This document shows, one piece after another, positions 1 to 17,564 of a stretch of DNA of 64,000 bases; position 1 is the first letter of the stretch; the number at the start of each line of letters is the position of its first letter. The stretch is taken from the NCBI RefSeq assembly GCF_018350175.1, contig NC_058381.1:40238001-40302000 (forward strand). The letters run 5' to 3'. The notes beneath the pieces are model-generated. The model worked only from the letters and a program-made list of their open reading frames with translations, searched no databases and was not told where the DNA came from. Position numbers and translations under genes: made by a program. Origin of the DNA: Felis catus. Lineage: Eukaryota.

Positions 1-254
1 AACAAGTCTGGGAAATGGAAAATAGTCTAGCTGTGCTGATGCTTATAATGAACACACATTTGCCGGCACTGGAAAGTTGCATTTAGTCCAGGTTGTGGGA
101 AGCCTTGAATGCCAGGACCATCCCATATATAGTCTTCAGGTAAAGGTAAATCAAAGGTAGGAATCTGCCCCTGGAAGCTGACTCTCCTCAAATATGAGGG
201 AAAATAAATATCCACGCTCCTTCCGAAGCAAAGTAACAGAAGAGAGATGAAAGT

Positions 255-452
255 TTCTTGTATAAACATTAGAGAACAACACCGGGCCAGGACAATGAAA
301 AAGAAACCTAACTTCCAAATTGACTTTGGTGTTTGGAAACTGAATAGACACTTTTTAATTACCCATGGGTCAAGGGAGACATCAAATGAGAAATTAAAGT
401 ATTTTAAACTGAATTAAGACGAAAATACAACCTATCAAGCTGATGTGGGAAT
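255..452 (+). mobile_element. Old LINE-1 ORF2 fragment
   Basis: A-rich ..acccatgggtcaagggagacatcaaatgagaaattaaagtattttaaactgaa..gaaaatacaacctatcaa.. resembles the L1 sequence just after the endonuclease domain. Confidence 0.55.
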
Positions 453-2392
453 TAAAACTTTCCCTGTGCAGGCGTGAAACAGATAAGTAGTTTTGGAAGT
501 GGGAAAAAAAAATCATGAATGAAACGGGGTAATCTGTGATCCCAAGAAATAAAATTACGTTTTTGTGTATTAGAGTCTATAGACTAATTAAGGCGGGCAG
601 CGATTAGCACTTTATGGTGTCTGTTCTCAGGCACCTCCCCCTCTTTTCTGGCATCTTCCCTTGTAAGACACTGGTCATCCCACCGACTGACTCCCTCTTC
701 ACCTTGTTTAAGAAGATACACACTCAAGAACTTTGATCTTTCATCTTTTGAAACTTCGTACATTTCAAAGAAATGCACGTACCTTGATTGTCCATTACTT
801 AGCAGACTCTAGAATAAATTTAAATTTCCTTAATCTTCAGACACACTCAGAGCATCAGAAGGTTTATGGCCTCCTCTATTCCTAAATAAGTCAGTGGCCG
901 GTTGTTCAGTAAGCCCTGGAAAAGGGCAGCCTGCCAGCTTCCAGGCTATGCTAATGAAGACGCTTTGACCCCATTCCAAAGATGAATGCATTCACCAGGA
1001 GGGCCCTTGAAGCAGCAGTACGCGTTTTAGGTGGCTCTAAAACATGGAATCTGAGCCTAAAGGGATCTCAAAGTCCTCTAGTCTAGGGGCCTTTGGCATT
1101 GAATCCCTTCTGATAACCTCCCAACTCAGCACCCAGTCCACCACTCTCCAGAAGGTCTATCCCATCTTTGGCCAACTGGGCCCCTGTGGCGCACAGTTTC
1201 CCAGGCTTTGTGCAAGATACTGGGATCAAGAGATAAATAGCAGCCAGCTTTGTCTTCAGGGGCTTACAACATAGGGGACTATTAGAAAGTCCTTTATGCA
1301 GAAACCTATCTACCTCCATGCTATTTATGTCCATTGCTTTCGTTCCTTCCTTCATTCATTCAACAAATATTGAGTGAGTACCCATTCTCTGCCAGACAGG
1401 CTCTGATGCTGGATGCTGGTGGTATGTTAGCAAGTAAGTCAAAGAGTCTGTCCTTTAATTTACTTTCTAGCTCTATCCATGGTGTCCCATGCAGGATAAA
1501 TCCAATCATTCTGCCACAATGGCTGACCTGCAGCTCTTCATGACAAATGGTTCTGATCCCCCTCACCATCCGGAGTACATCCCTCTGAATACATTCCATG
1601 GAGTCTCTACCACTCTTAAGTGAAGGCTCTAGAATGGAATTTTGGATGAGCTGGAATTAAGAGGCTGCCAGCAGATGGCCCAGCAAATCTTCTTGCCCAG
1701 GAATCTTGTGTGGAGTGTGCTGGTGCCACCAACTCTTCAACCATGATACCCACCCAGCCACCAGCCGGTCCCATATACGATCAGCGAGACCCATGAGGAC
1801 ACTCCCTCTTAACTACTCCTTGTAGAGATATGGGCAGTATTCACCAAGGCAGGGTGAATCCGTGAACTTGTCCCAGTGAGCTACTCCGAGGGATCCAGTA
1901 TTCATATACACTCCAATATTCAAAGCCCTCTCAAGGCACCATGAGGACCTCAGGGCTGAATCAGACAAATTCCCGTCGCAAAAATCGCAGAGCAGAAGGA
2001 GAAATAGGTCATGTCACTCAGAAGAAAGAGAAGTCACAGAGCGAGCTGGGGTGAGGGGCGGACATCAAAGAGACTTTATCTGGAGCTTCAAAGATAGGTT
2101 AAGATTTGGACAGGCAGAGGAAGGAGAGAGAGGATTTTCTAGAAAAAAGAGGTAAGCACAGGTACACACTCAGAAGCAGAGACACGTGTGGTGGGCTCTG
2201 GAGAAGCAGGGGTGCAAGCTTGGGAATGTAAGTGTGCAGCCCACAGAGGCCCGCCTGGAAAGAAACCACCTTGGATGACACAAAAACGTACACCTTGCAG
2301 AGTCAAACCGCATTTTTAAACCCTATGAAACTGAAATGTGTGCTCATTTACGCTAAAAATGTGGCCGCCTTATATCTTTGTAACTTCTACAC

Positions 2393-2578
2393 GGGTGATT
2401 CTCAAACTTTAGGCCACATCAGAATCATCCAGGGGGCTTGCAAAAATGCAGATTTCCAGGCTCCGCGCCAGAGTTTCTGATTCAGTAGGTTTGGAGTCAG
2501 GCGCTAGAGTCTGCATTGCTAACAAGTTCCCGGGTGATACTGACTCTGGGGGTCTGGGGAGCACACTTTGAGAACAGG
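2393..2578. mobile_element. MER5A-like hAT-Charlie DNA transposon (MITE)
   Basis: gtgattctcaaactt..catcagaatca..tttctgattcagtaggt..cacactttgagaac, with terminal and internal inverted repeats. Confidence 0.75.
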
Positions 2579-2963
2579 ACTTCTGCTCTCCAGGAAAGAG
2601 CCTCATGGTGGTTGTCATCCTATGTAAACGAAGCACAATGTAGCAAAATGGTATTTTTGCCGAACATTTGTGCACTGATGTTGGGGCACATTTCAGATAC
2701 GTGGGCATATGTTTTCCTCAATATAATAAGCAAGTTCTGTTTGCTTTCTTCCTGGTTTACTCTTCTTCATAGAGGTTTGTTTTGCAAGGACATCAAAGAC
2801 CGGAGAAGGGAGGGACAAAAGGGGAAACCCATACAGTGTTTGTTAAATCAGTGGGTAAGCCCACATGAAACAATGTCTGTAGAGGACAGATGAAGGTCAA
2901 GTGAAGTGATACACTTTAACATTACTAGGTGCTGGGATTCTGGCTTGGCACTTACACAGGATT

Positions 2964-2966
<3 letters not shown>

Positions 2967-3015
<49 letters not shown>
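2967..3015. repeat. Compound microsatellite (TC)n(AC)n
   Basis: Directly visible. Confidence 0.95.
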
Positions 3016-3016
<1 letters not shown>

Positions 3017-4260
3017 CCCTATATATCCAGAGTTGATACAAACTATCACATTTGACCACCTACTATGTGCTACGCCGTATTGTACCTGGTGCTTTAATCC
3101 TTTCAACCACACTGAAAAGTAGTTACCAATGTACCACTGTAGAATAAGAAAAAGCTCAGAGTGGTTAGGTAACCTGTCTGAGCTCACAAAAGTAGAAGAG
3201 GAAGTCCGTGAAACATTAGCTCAGGTCGGCCAGACGCTCAAGCCCAAGCTGCGGCTCCCAGCCAGGAGCCCAGACACCCATTCCATCCACTCCGTTCATG
3301 CAACAAACAGGCGCCGTCCTCCTCTGGGCTGCGCCCTCGTCCAAAGAGCTAGAAATATATGGGGAGACAGAACAGAGTCCTCTGGAAAGTTCTGGGCAGA
3401 CAAGAGAGATGACCAAAGTAGCAGTTTAGGAAAAGTAGTACCCAGTAAGCACCCATGTGATGGGAACGCTGAATCTCGATTTTGTGGGCTCTCGAGTAAG
3501 TACTGCAGCGCCTGATACAAAATGCACACTCCAGAACCATTAAGCAAGCGAGTGAAAGACTGGTGGTGTGTGTGGCATAAATGTGGCACAGAAGAGACGG
3601 GGCAGACAGAAGAGGAGAAGGCCCTTACGAGACCCCGGGCAGCACATGATGGAATCCAAATCCCGCCCCCAGCAGTGCCGACAGGTAGGAAGAGATGGGA
3701 GGCAGAGGTGTTATAAGAAGATTCTGACGAAAGAGTCCACGAGGCTGAGTGATTTGCTGTATATGGGGGTCAAAGGAAGGAGGGACACCAAAAGTGCTCT
3801 TGCGGTCCCTGGGCTCCTGGAACAATAATGTGCTGGGAAAGGGAGCCAGGAAGTCAAGGCAAAGAGTAGGCTCAAGGGGGAGAGGCTGATTTGAAGTTTG
3901 GAGAATCTGAAATATAGCCAAGTGGGACTGTCCACCAGGAGATCCAAGACTTGAATTGCTTGAACTCACTGAGAAACTCTCCTGAGCCACTAAGTTTTCT
4001 TCTTACACCTGGCAAGCAGGTAGGGCTGTTGAGTTAGCCCAGAGGCTCATACCTGAACAGGGCAGCAATTCTCAAAAGGAGGGTTCCCTCCTCCCCCCGC
4101 CCCCCACTAGAGGGGAGGTGGCAAGGAAGATAATTTGGCTAGAGGGAGTGTCACTTAAAAACAAATACAACCTGTATTCGAAATGAGCTTTTGGCCATGA
4201 TTGAGTTCCGTATTTATATTTTTGAAAGCTAAAACAACATTAAGTGACAAGTGAGAGATT

Positions 4261-4298
4261 TCTTTTTTTAATGCTTATCTTTGAAAAAAATGTTTATT

Positions 4299-4330
<32 letters not shown>

Positions 4331-4489
4331 CACAAGTGGAGGAGGGGCAGGGAGAGAGGGAGAAGAGGACACAAAGAGGGCTCTGCACTGACAGCAGACA
4401 GCCCGATGTCAGGCTCAAACTTGCAAACCACAAGGTCATGACCTGAGCAGAAGTCAGACACTTAAGCACCTGAACCACCCAGGCACCCC
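4261..4489 (-). mobile_element. Can-SINE (SINEC, felid type)
   Basis: Reverse complement of ggggtgcctgggtggttcag..(CT)n..aaaaataaa tail. Confidence 0.9.
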
Positions 4490-4499
4490 AAAGTGAGGG

Positions 4500-4712
4500 A
4501 TTTTTTTTTAACATTTATTCATTTTTGAGAGACAGAGAGAGACAGAGCACGAGCAGGGGAGGGTCAGAGAGAGGGAGACACAGAATCCGAAACAGGCTCC
4601 AGGCTCCAAGCTGTCAGCACAGAGCTGGATGTGGGGCTCGAACTCATGAACTGCGAGATCATGACCTGAGCCAAAGTCGGACACTCAACCGACTGAGCCA
4701 CCCAGGAGCCCC
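4500..4712 (-). mobile_element. Can-SINE (SINEC_Fc), in tandem with the previous one
   Basis: Full head, body and tail; flanked by a gagggatttttttt duplication. Confidence 0.9.
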
Positions 4713-7125
4713 AGAGGGATTTTTTTTAATATGTGTCAAATGAGAAGGCATGGATGAGAAAAAAGTTGAGAAACACTAAATTAGGTGGAGAAAGACAAAG
4801 ACAACAAGATGAGCTCGTGAAGATTATAAGTGGTCCTCAGAAGGGGTGAATTTGATTTTGTTCTTTGTAAGGAGGATGATGCGGGTGTGACGAGGTGGAG
4901 CCTTAGGTATCATACATCGTGGACCACAACACACGAAAATTGGTGCCTAAATAAAAAATGCTCCTGTCCCGGAAGTCCAGAATTCCACCTCGATATTCTT
5001 GGCTTCCAGGTTAAACAGCGGGAGCAGAAGTGTGGGCCCTTCCCCCGAGCTCGCTCAGTGATGGCAGCATCTGCCCCTGAGGACGGCAGCGGGCCACCCT
5101 TACTCCTTCCACTTTCCCGGCATTTGGGAGAAATGGCATTTGAGTGAAACAAACAAACAAACAAAACAAAACAGGCAATGAGTACAGGGGCCTGCAGAGG
5201 CCTGCCTGGTGTCATAGGTGAAGCCTGGAAGGAAATAATACAAACCAGCACACTGGTAGTGCAGGGGTGGTAATCCGAAAACCAATGGGCTCAGTACTTT
5301 ACCAGGTGGCTCAGAACCGGATCCGGTCCCAAGTCAGAGTCTCAGGGGAAGAAAAATAATCAGTCAACCTGGTTGAAATTATTGTGACCACAGCAAAGCC
5401 TAATAGTGCATCTAGGCTGTCGGTCCAATCTGGGAGGATAGGGAGATGTAGGGGCCAGAGCGCCGCCGAGGGGAAGGTGCAGAGATGGGAGTCACTCTGT
5501 GAGTGCCCGGGTTTGGGCACCAGAGGGCGCCCTGAGCCCTCAGGCCATAATTACGGATGAGGGTAAAACCTCCGTGTCCAGGTGCCCTGGGCCAGGCTGG
5601 ATAGACACCTGCCAGCCTCCCTTGCCTGCAGCACCCATCCTGCATCTGAATTGCCTTTCTTGCCACACCCAGGAGCTTCGGGAGTCCCACACTTAGCCTG
5701 GTCAGGCTAGCAGGGGGACAAGGCCCGATTTTCATGGCTCTGTTGCATGAAAACCTATGGCTACTCCTTAAAACATACGATTCTTGTGAGGTATTTGTTA
5801 GAAGAAAGCCCACAGAGCCCACTGGACATTTGGACATTTTTGTCCTCTGACAGCCCAAAGAATGCTTTTTTTTTTAATGTTGGTTAGGACACTTGGAGTG
5901 AAAAACTAAGCTCCGATAACAACAGTGATTGATTTTATTATTTATTTATTATTGCTTATAAGTGGACAAGGAGGGTGGTCAAACTTCTAGGCCACCAACT
6001 CAGAAATACATGGCCCCTGATACTGCTAATGGGTTTTGCTACCACCTCCGTAGTCCCTCTTTCCTTCTAAGAGGGAAAGATTATCCCTGCCGGTTCCCAG
6101 GGAGCCCCATAAACCAATATCCACCTTCTCTGTGCCAGGAGCATTGTATGGATTATCCCTCAGCAACGGTGAAGGAAAATAGAATCTTTCTAACCTTACA
6201 ACTGAAGAGTAAGTCTCAAGAGAGTGTCATGGCCCGGCGACTTCACTTAACTGTTGTCACGAAGGGTGGCATTTGAGCCCAGATCTGCCCAACTCCAGAG
6301 CAAGTGCCCTTCCCACCATACTGTGCTACTAGGCAGAAGATCCGAATTTGCATTGATCCTGGGACCAGGTTCCGCAGGTGAGCCGAACCCTGAGAGCTTC
6401 ATTCTGGGCATGCTCAGCACATTCCAGAAGCTAAATTGAGTAGCACAGCAAAGAAGGCACATCATCTCTTGGGTGGTCTTCCACCATGTCTGACCCACCT
6501 GGGCCTGGGTCAGAGCCATGTCCAAGAGGCAGACTCATGCCTACTGTGCTCCTCACCTTCAGCACTCCAAAGGCAACAGCAAATAGACAAGGACACCTCT
6601 CTTGGGAGGGAAATATGCCCAGGACCCAGACAACTGTCCTGAGTACCCAAGCTAAGAGAGGAGATAGTAATTCCGTGCCTCCACACAGGAGCCAGTTTGA
6701 ATGAGAGACAAATAAAAAATAAAAACTTGGCAACCTGGCCAGGGCAGTTCTCAGCATGACCTCCCTTTGGCTAGATTGGAACTCTAAGTTGTGGGATTTT
6801 GCTCTTGGACAAAATACCAAGACGCTAAAGATGCCAAAAGCATGGCAGGGACATGTTAGTTCTGAGCTGTTCTGAAGGAATTCAACCTTGGCAACCAACA
6901 TGTCTTCCTTTCACCAGCCCATAGAGATCGATGGGCAAGGTAAATCGAATGTCAGCAAAGGGCCTTCATCCAGAGGCTAAGACCCCAGTGCCCCAGTGGA
7001 AGATCCTGGCAGTGACAAGACATGTCGGGGCCAAGGATCACCCAAGGTCTTGAGGGCCAGAGTTGTTTATCACACCATATACATTGCCAAGCACGAGAAA
7101 CGTAGCACTTAATACAGGAAAGAGA

Positions 7126-7131
7126 TTTATT
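7126..7131 (-). terminator. Candidate polyadenylation signal AATAAA of the KRT37-like gene
   Basis: First tttatt downstream of the stop (~355 nt). Confidence 0.65.
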
Positions 7132-7485
7132 GACCGTTTCATACAGGAACCCAATTACATCTTAGGAGACTCTGAAGCATGGGACTAGAAGGCAAATCCC
7201 AGAAGAGGTACTGGGATCAAATGATAGCTTAAGTGAAAGACAATGATAGCATTGGATGGGGGGGGGGGGGAGGGGTGGATGCAGTGTGGGGACACACAGG
7301 GAGACATGGCTTAGAAGTTTCTGTTATGCTCTGATTCAGTGAACATGCCTCCAGTGAGTTCAGTCTTCCTGGAAGGAAGGCTAATGAGCAGGTGAAGGCA
7401 ATCCTAGCCTGGGTACAACCAGCCTTGACCTCCTGCACCAGCACTCAGACCTTCAGAATCACTTCTCAGCGCCGAGGCCACTTGC

Positions 7486-11147
<3,662 letters not shown>

Positions 11148-11205
11148 TCAGAGCAGCTGTGAAGGCCGAGCCACGGAGTGTGACAACCCCTTTCCCTGCT
11201 AGGCC

Positions 11206-11235
11206 TTTTATACCCCATCCCAGGTGGGTGTTGGC
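11206..11235 (-). promoter_or_regulatory. KRT37-like core promoter: TATAAAA plus upstream GCCAACACCC element
   Basis: ttttata at 11206-11212, 86 nt upstream of the ATG; gggtgttggc at 11226-11235. Confidence 0.8.
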
Positions 11236-14159
11236 TCAATGCTTTGACCTCAACGCCTTGATTCTCTACCTACTGTTGTACTGTCATCCTGTTACTCAGC
11301 TGTTGGTTTACCATTAAGAGTTCCTCGCCGCATTAAAGGAATGTTGATGAATTTGACATGCCCCTTGCTGTTTGATATCAGGTTGTCGGTTGATGAAAGA
11401 TCAAAGATGTATATTTCTACTCAACAATCACCAGCAGTTAATTCAACTTCCAGATGCCCTCTTGCTGGACTGAGCCAGTCTGTGGATATAGCCACACTCA
11501 AGGATTGAATCTTTCAGTCAGTGATCTGTATGGCAGGAGGGACAGTGAATCCGTCACCAGCATTTAGACTCACCCAGTGTTTCCTCTGAAGAGAAAACAC
11601 CACTTTATAAAACTGGGAAGTCTACAGATATTGATTATTGTAAGGTCCCCTTTCTTCTCTCTTCTATCCTTTACACTACATACTCCTGTTGAGAAGCTTT
11701 AAAGCATCAATGCATCCCGAAACATTAGTGCTGGCTAAGTTTTGGTTGACTAGTCAGAATCAGCTTTCAGTCATTCACTTGTTGAGCATGTTTCCTGAAC
11801 ATTCCCTTGAACTCAGGCAGTGTGCCAATTCTTGAACATGCAGGGGTCCCTATTCCTCAGGAAAAAACAGTTCCCCAGAAATCTCAGGACATCTTTAACT
11901 TGAATGAGAACCATAGATCAATGGGGGTTAGTGAAAGACAGAGGATCCATGGTCCTGATCAAGGATGTATCTAGAGAGAAGCTACTGATAAAAATAAAAC
12001 AAAATAAAAACCCTTATTTGATGCAGAAAAGGGAACTGGGCCCAGAGCTCAAGGGGTATCTCAAAAGTTTAAAAACCAAAATTTATGGGGACGTAGGTAT
12101 ATATTGCTATTATTATTAGGTGTTCTTTCCTATTGAATCCTTACTACCTGTGATGTAGCTCTTGGTGGCCTCAGTGTGCAGATGAGGTAACTAAAGTCCA
12201 TCTTCTGATTCACAGAGAAATAAATTGGCAAGGGCTCGATTTGGTCTGCAAAGCCCATTCATTCTCTTTCCAACCCACCATGACCCCCAGTTAGAACGAC
12301 CTGTGTACTGCCTGTGTTGTTGCTCAGGGGGATGCAGAAGGCTTAGTAGTTGGACGAGAAGCTGACGTGAAAACAAATAAAATATCCGAGGGTCCTTGTG
12401 TTCCAGCAAAGGAAGATATTTAGACATAGAGCAGGGAGAACAACAAAATGCACATAGAAAAATTATACTCAAAAATCAAGAGTCTAAAATAGACCTCAAA
12501 TCCCAGAGATTTTCGTTAGAGCCAAGGGACCAAGGCAACCGGCTCAGGAGGTGCCCCTGCGGAGTGTTGGGACCGAAGGACTGAGGGAGATCTAATGGAG
12601 GAAGACCCCAGAAAAGTATAAGTACGTCTCTTCTCTAAGCAAAATTCAAGAACAAGCAGCCCCGAGAAAACCAAATGGGAGGATGTTGAGTATTGGTGAA
12701 ACCTGGACTCTTAGAATTCTCTCAAAAAGAAATAAAGGGATCTGGAATTCTTCCCAAAAAGAAAACCCACTCTAGGGTCAGTGCCAGTTACCCTGAGGTC
12801 ACCAATGAATAATCCCCTTACAAACACCATAAATTAGAAGACCTCACGAGGCCAAACCATCCCATCCTTCAGAGGCCTCTGGGTGCAATCTGCATATATT
12901 CCATCTTCAAACACCCCTTTAGTTCCCTCTTGCCTCATCACAGCGCATCACTATAATCCAGAGAATTGGACCATTAAAACTGTTTCCTTTGATTTGCTAA
13001 ATAGGCTCCATGTTTTGACCCTACCCCCTGGCAGGATTTGTTCCATCAACTAAAATTATGGTTCCTCCCATCTCAGAACACCCGCGATTTGTTACTTCTT
13101 AGGCTCCGCAGCTGAAGTTTTGAAGCCCTGACACCTCTCTGTAAAGCCCTGGCTTGGGCTCAGCAAGGTGTTTTGCATGACACTGATGCCCGCCTGTGAC
13201 TCTGTAGAGAAGTGAGTTCACCCAATTTCTTCCCTATCAAAGAACTGGCAGTAAGTGGAAAGCATGAGGCAGGTGTTTGAGATGCACTCCGCTGTGGCAC
13301 TGAGGAGGAGCCCATTCTTGACACCCCAGACCGCCTCCTTCGCTCCCTGTAAAGAGTCCCTGGCCCCAAAGAACAACGTGACAGCCAGACTTCATGAAGG
13401 GAGGTCCCGGCGCTGAGGGGTGAAGAGGGAGGAAGTCCTGCAGCCCCTCCTTCATTCACAGGGGCCACCTCATCTCTCTTTAGGAGTAAAAGTTTTGGAG
13501 TTGAGTCCGTCTTCAAGGTGGGGGGTAGGACACTGGGTCTGGAACAGCACCATTCGATGCCATGGTGATGGGACCTACTGAGGCAACTCAGAGTGAAAGA
13601 GAAAGCAGTGAACTCAGAGCAGCCCATGGGGTTGGGGTCTGATTTACAGCTACCTTATCTGTTGCAAAAGGGTGACTCTGAAGTTGTCTAAGGAAGCAGG
13701 TGCTGTCCCCACGCAGTGTGCACTGTGTGCACCCAGAAGAAGTTGGCAAACCACAACAGGTGGTCCATCCTGGCACAGCTGTGCCTGCGACACCCTCAGA
13801 CACTCTGGGCCAGGAGACGGGGCTTCCAGAAAGGACACCCTCAGGGAGCTTTGTGATCTCAAATGTCCAGCTCGAGAGACTTTGAAATAGAGGCAACACT
13901 GCTGAGGTCTTCTCTATTAAGTGGCATTTAATAATATGATTACTTGGGAATCTTTAGTCTCATTTTAAATGTGTTTATTATTATCAGTCGGCTTTATTTC
14001 TGTCCCAGGTCTCCGGGTCATCAGAGACTAGCTGACAAAATAATTGTCTGTCCTTCTCTTCTCCCTCCTGCGTTGATGGCAGGCTTCCCTTATTCACATT
14101 CTAGGGCAGCACATTTGCCCTTATTTATGTCCTACCTGGGCCCATGACAAAGCCCTTTA

Positions 14160-14425
14160 ATGCAGCATAGTAGCATGGTCAAGGCCAAGAACTCTGGGGT
14201 CAGCCTGCCTGGATTCAGATTCTGGTTCCACCATTTACTAGCTGTGAAAACTTGGCCCGATGGCTTGACCTCACTGTGCTGTGGTTTCTGCACACGCAAA
14301 ATGGAGGCAGTAATAGCACCTAGCCCACAGATTTGTTTTAACCATTAAAGAATTTGATCTCTGTAAATCATTGAAAATAATGGCCAGCACGTGGCACAGT
14401 AAACACTAAATAAGTGTTGGCTGTT
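14160..14425 (+). mobile_element. MIR SINE
   Basis: ..ctctggggtcagcctgcctggattcagattctggttccaccatttactagctgtg..aaaatggaggcagtaatagcacct..tggcacagtaaacactaaataa matches the MIR core. Confidence 0.75.
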
Positions 14426-14489
14426 TTTTTTTCAAGTGGCTTTTAATCACGGGTCTGGATGCTCACACCATTTACAATTCAAAAATGCT

Positions 14490-15130
14490 TATTAAATTAC
14501 CATTTTGTACCTATTTAAGTTAAATTAACAAAGATCAAAAAGGCTAGTGGCACAATGTTGGCAAGGTGTAAGGAAACAGGCATCGTCAAACACTGTTGGG
14601 GTGGGGGGTGAAACATGCAGCCTCTTCAAGGCAGTTTAGCAATATCTATGCAAATGACAATTGTACCTACCCCGTGACCCGATAATTCCACTTCCAGGAA
14701 TTTATCCCACAGACGCACTTACACGCGTACAAGGATAATAAGAATATTTATGGCAATATCTGGGGAGTCATAGCAGACCGAAGAGAAAATGAAACGCCTA
14801 CCAAAAGAAGCCTGGTTAAGCGAATTGTAGTGCATGAATATAGTGAAAAGCTTGTAGCCATCACAGATACCAAGGTAGATATAGACACAGATCTAGATCT
14901 AGACGTAGTCATAGACATAGACGTAGACATAGACAGACATAGATATAGACATAGACATAGATATATACTAACATAGAAATGACAACTACAATGGAATTTT
15001 CAGTGAAGAAAAGGCAAAATGCACAACAAGATACCCAGTATGCTACTTTTTATATTTACCCAAAGGGGGACATATGTGAGCTTACATTTATAGCGAAAAT
15101 GAATCTCAGACCATAAAGTCAGGTGTGAAA
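14490..15130 (+). mobile_element. Old L1M 3' fragment containing a (TAGACA)n-like hexamer repeat (~14875-14965)
   Basis: tgttggcaagg..ggaaacagg..gtttagcaatatct..taattccacttccaggaatttatcc matches L1 ORF2-end/3'UTR motifs. Confidence 0.65.
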
Positions 15131-16768
15131 AATATGTACCTTTATTTTCTTATACTTAAACCAAATTGTACTTTTAATCTTCATCCCACACTACACCAGG
15201 TAGCAGAACCTTAATCTCAGTCATCTTGAGGACCCCTTTCCAAGAGGTCACCCCAAGTGCCAAAGGCCTTTCCTCCAGGATGTTGGGAGACAGGAGGTGG
15301 GCAGGGTTCAGCCCTTGGCATTTGCTTCCATCCACACGGCCACAGAGACCCACTGGGGAGCTCTGGCAGCTGAGAACTGGGCAGGAGGACCCACATGGTC
15401 CTCCTGAGGACCCCGGGTCTCAGGATAGTCTATGATTTTTTTCTCAGGACCTTCTGTCCAGACTCCCCTGGGGTCTTGGTGCCTCTCCACATTCTACCTG
15501 GGAAAGGGAGGACATATGCCCTCTGCTCCTACATCCTGAACCTATTATCCTCCTGCCCTTGACTCTGTATCCCAGCCCAGGAGAAGGGGTAGGGCAGCAT
15601 CTAAATTCTCTTCCCTTCCCCTCCTCTTCATTCCCTGATCCCAGCGTGCCTTCCTCTAACCAGGACATTTCCCCTTACTCATCTCATCCAAGTCCACTCT
15701 CTGGTCAGCTCAGGGCTTGGACTCGTGAGACTCAAAACCCTCTTCCCTGCCTTCTACTCTGCCATCCCTCTCCCAAATCACTGAGTGCTGCTTGGGCTAT
15801 AGCTACTAGAAGGGCCCCGGTGTACAGTGAGAAATACAGTGAGAATCATCTGTTAGAACCTCACAATACCCCCCCCTTCCCTTGTATACATATGGAAACT
15901 AATTTGTGGAGGAGGACTATTGGCTTAGTGTAGCCTTCACTTCTGTTTCAAGTTTTTGCAGGATGTGTGTTCTATGTGTATAATTTCTGTAAGCTAGGCT
16001 TTTTTAAAGAAGACCTTCTACAAACAAAAATAAAAATGCTTGGTATTTTGTGAGAGTTTGGACACACTTGGGCTCCATTTCCCCTTTCAGGGGCCTATGT
16101 CTTTTGTGCTGAACCAGTTGGGTTCAGATGTGCCCTGTCCCAGAGTTCAGCTCTCCACAGCCCCACAGCCTCATCTTTGATTCTGGCTGATGAGGTCCCT
16201 GAGGCGCTGGATTAGGAGCCATCTCCTTTGCTCTGTGCCCCCCAAAATTTGTGGATTTCCCCTCAATGTAGGAGTCCATTCCTCCGAGCTTCTCAGGGGA
16301 CCACATCTTGTGGATGTGATGCTAATAAATCTCTCCCTGACCTGGCTGGAGACAGTCCTGGGGCAAAGGTGTGCTGAATGAAAAGGAGGAAAATGCAATT
16401 GTAGAAACTTGTAGAGTAGATGATTTAGGAAGTCGAGAAAATATCAAATTCTGAGTAAGTCATTATAGAATTACTTACTTGGCCCACTTCACAGATTTTA
16501 TGCAATAAAAATAGGGAAATATTGACAACTCTGCTTTATTTTGCACATTGACAATCCATTATTAAATACCCTAATTCTGAAACATTCTGAAGGTCAAGTC
16601 CATCCCTGGGAGTTCATATTTTTCAGCTCAAGAGCTGCCTTCAAGTGAAAGCTTCCACTCATACTGAATCCTCAGTTTACGTCCTGGTAGTGTGCTTTGT
16701 TGTTGGCTTATGCAGAAGACCCTTGCAAGCAAGGATTTTGACTTATTACTTTTGTCCTGTTCATCTCT

Positions 16769-16806
16769 GGGGGCACCCGGGTGGCTCAGTTGCTTGACTA
16801 TCTTGT
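16769..16806 (+). mobile_element. Short Can-SINE 5' fragment
   Basis: ggggcacccgggtggctcagttg head only. Confidence 0.55.
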
Positions 16807-17564
16807 TCACCTCTGTAATTTCCAACACGGCATCTGACTCACACAAAATGTAAACGTGAAATGTAAATGTAAATGTAAACTCACAGTCAATGTAAACATG
16901 AAAGAAAGAACCAAATGAACTCAGCTGTGGAGCAAATCATACCCAGTTTTACCCTCCACAGTGCCTAGTGCATGGTGATGCTCAGCAAGTGTGTGTTGAA
17001 TGAATGAATGAATGAACGAACAAACGTGATATGAAACCAAACAATAGCTTGTTGTTCCAATGATAGAAAATCCTTGACTTCTAAACCCTGTAGTCCTAAA
17101 TCAAATCAAAATCAGGTTGACATGTTTTCATCTAGGAATGTATTTCTATGAAAAGTCCTACAGAGCATTCAAAAGTAGATCACACTGAATTATGTGTTTA
17201 ACTCATGTCCTTTTGGGAAAAGAATAGAATTATTTAATGACAGCATCAGTCACTTTGATTGTACTGGTATTAGTCCTTCTCTGCTAATGATGTACTCTCC
17301 CCTCGAAAGTCATCGTCTGTCCCTTCTCAGATACTGACATTGACCCATGAAATGTTCAACACAGACAAGGCATTCAGGAAGAGTTAGCAGTGAGCGGGGG
17401 GCAGACTAGCTGGTTCAGGAACTGGCAATACACTGTCCAGTAAGGTTTGTACTAAATTGATCAAGCAAATGACATGATTTCAGCGACCCTTTCCAAATTA
17501 CACTGTCAGTGACCCTGAGTGTGAAAAATAGGGACATCCAAGTCTCACATTGCAGGGTCTTCCT

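Noticed and set aside
840-880. Possible inverted third copy of the 12.8/26.9 kb upstream block, near ctttgat and tttatggc motifs
   Set aside because: Only ~20 of 27 nt match and gaps are needed; indistinguishable from chance by eye.
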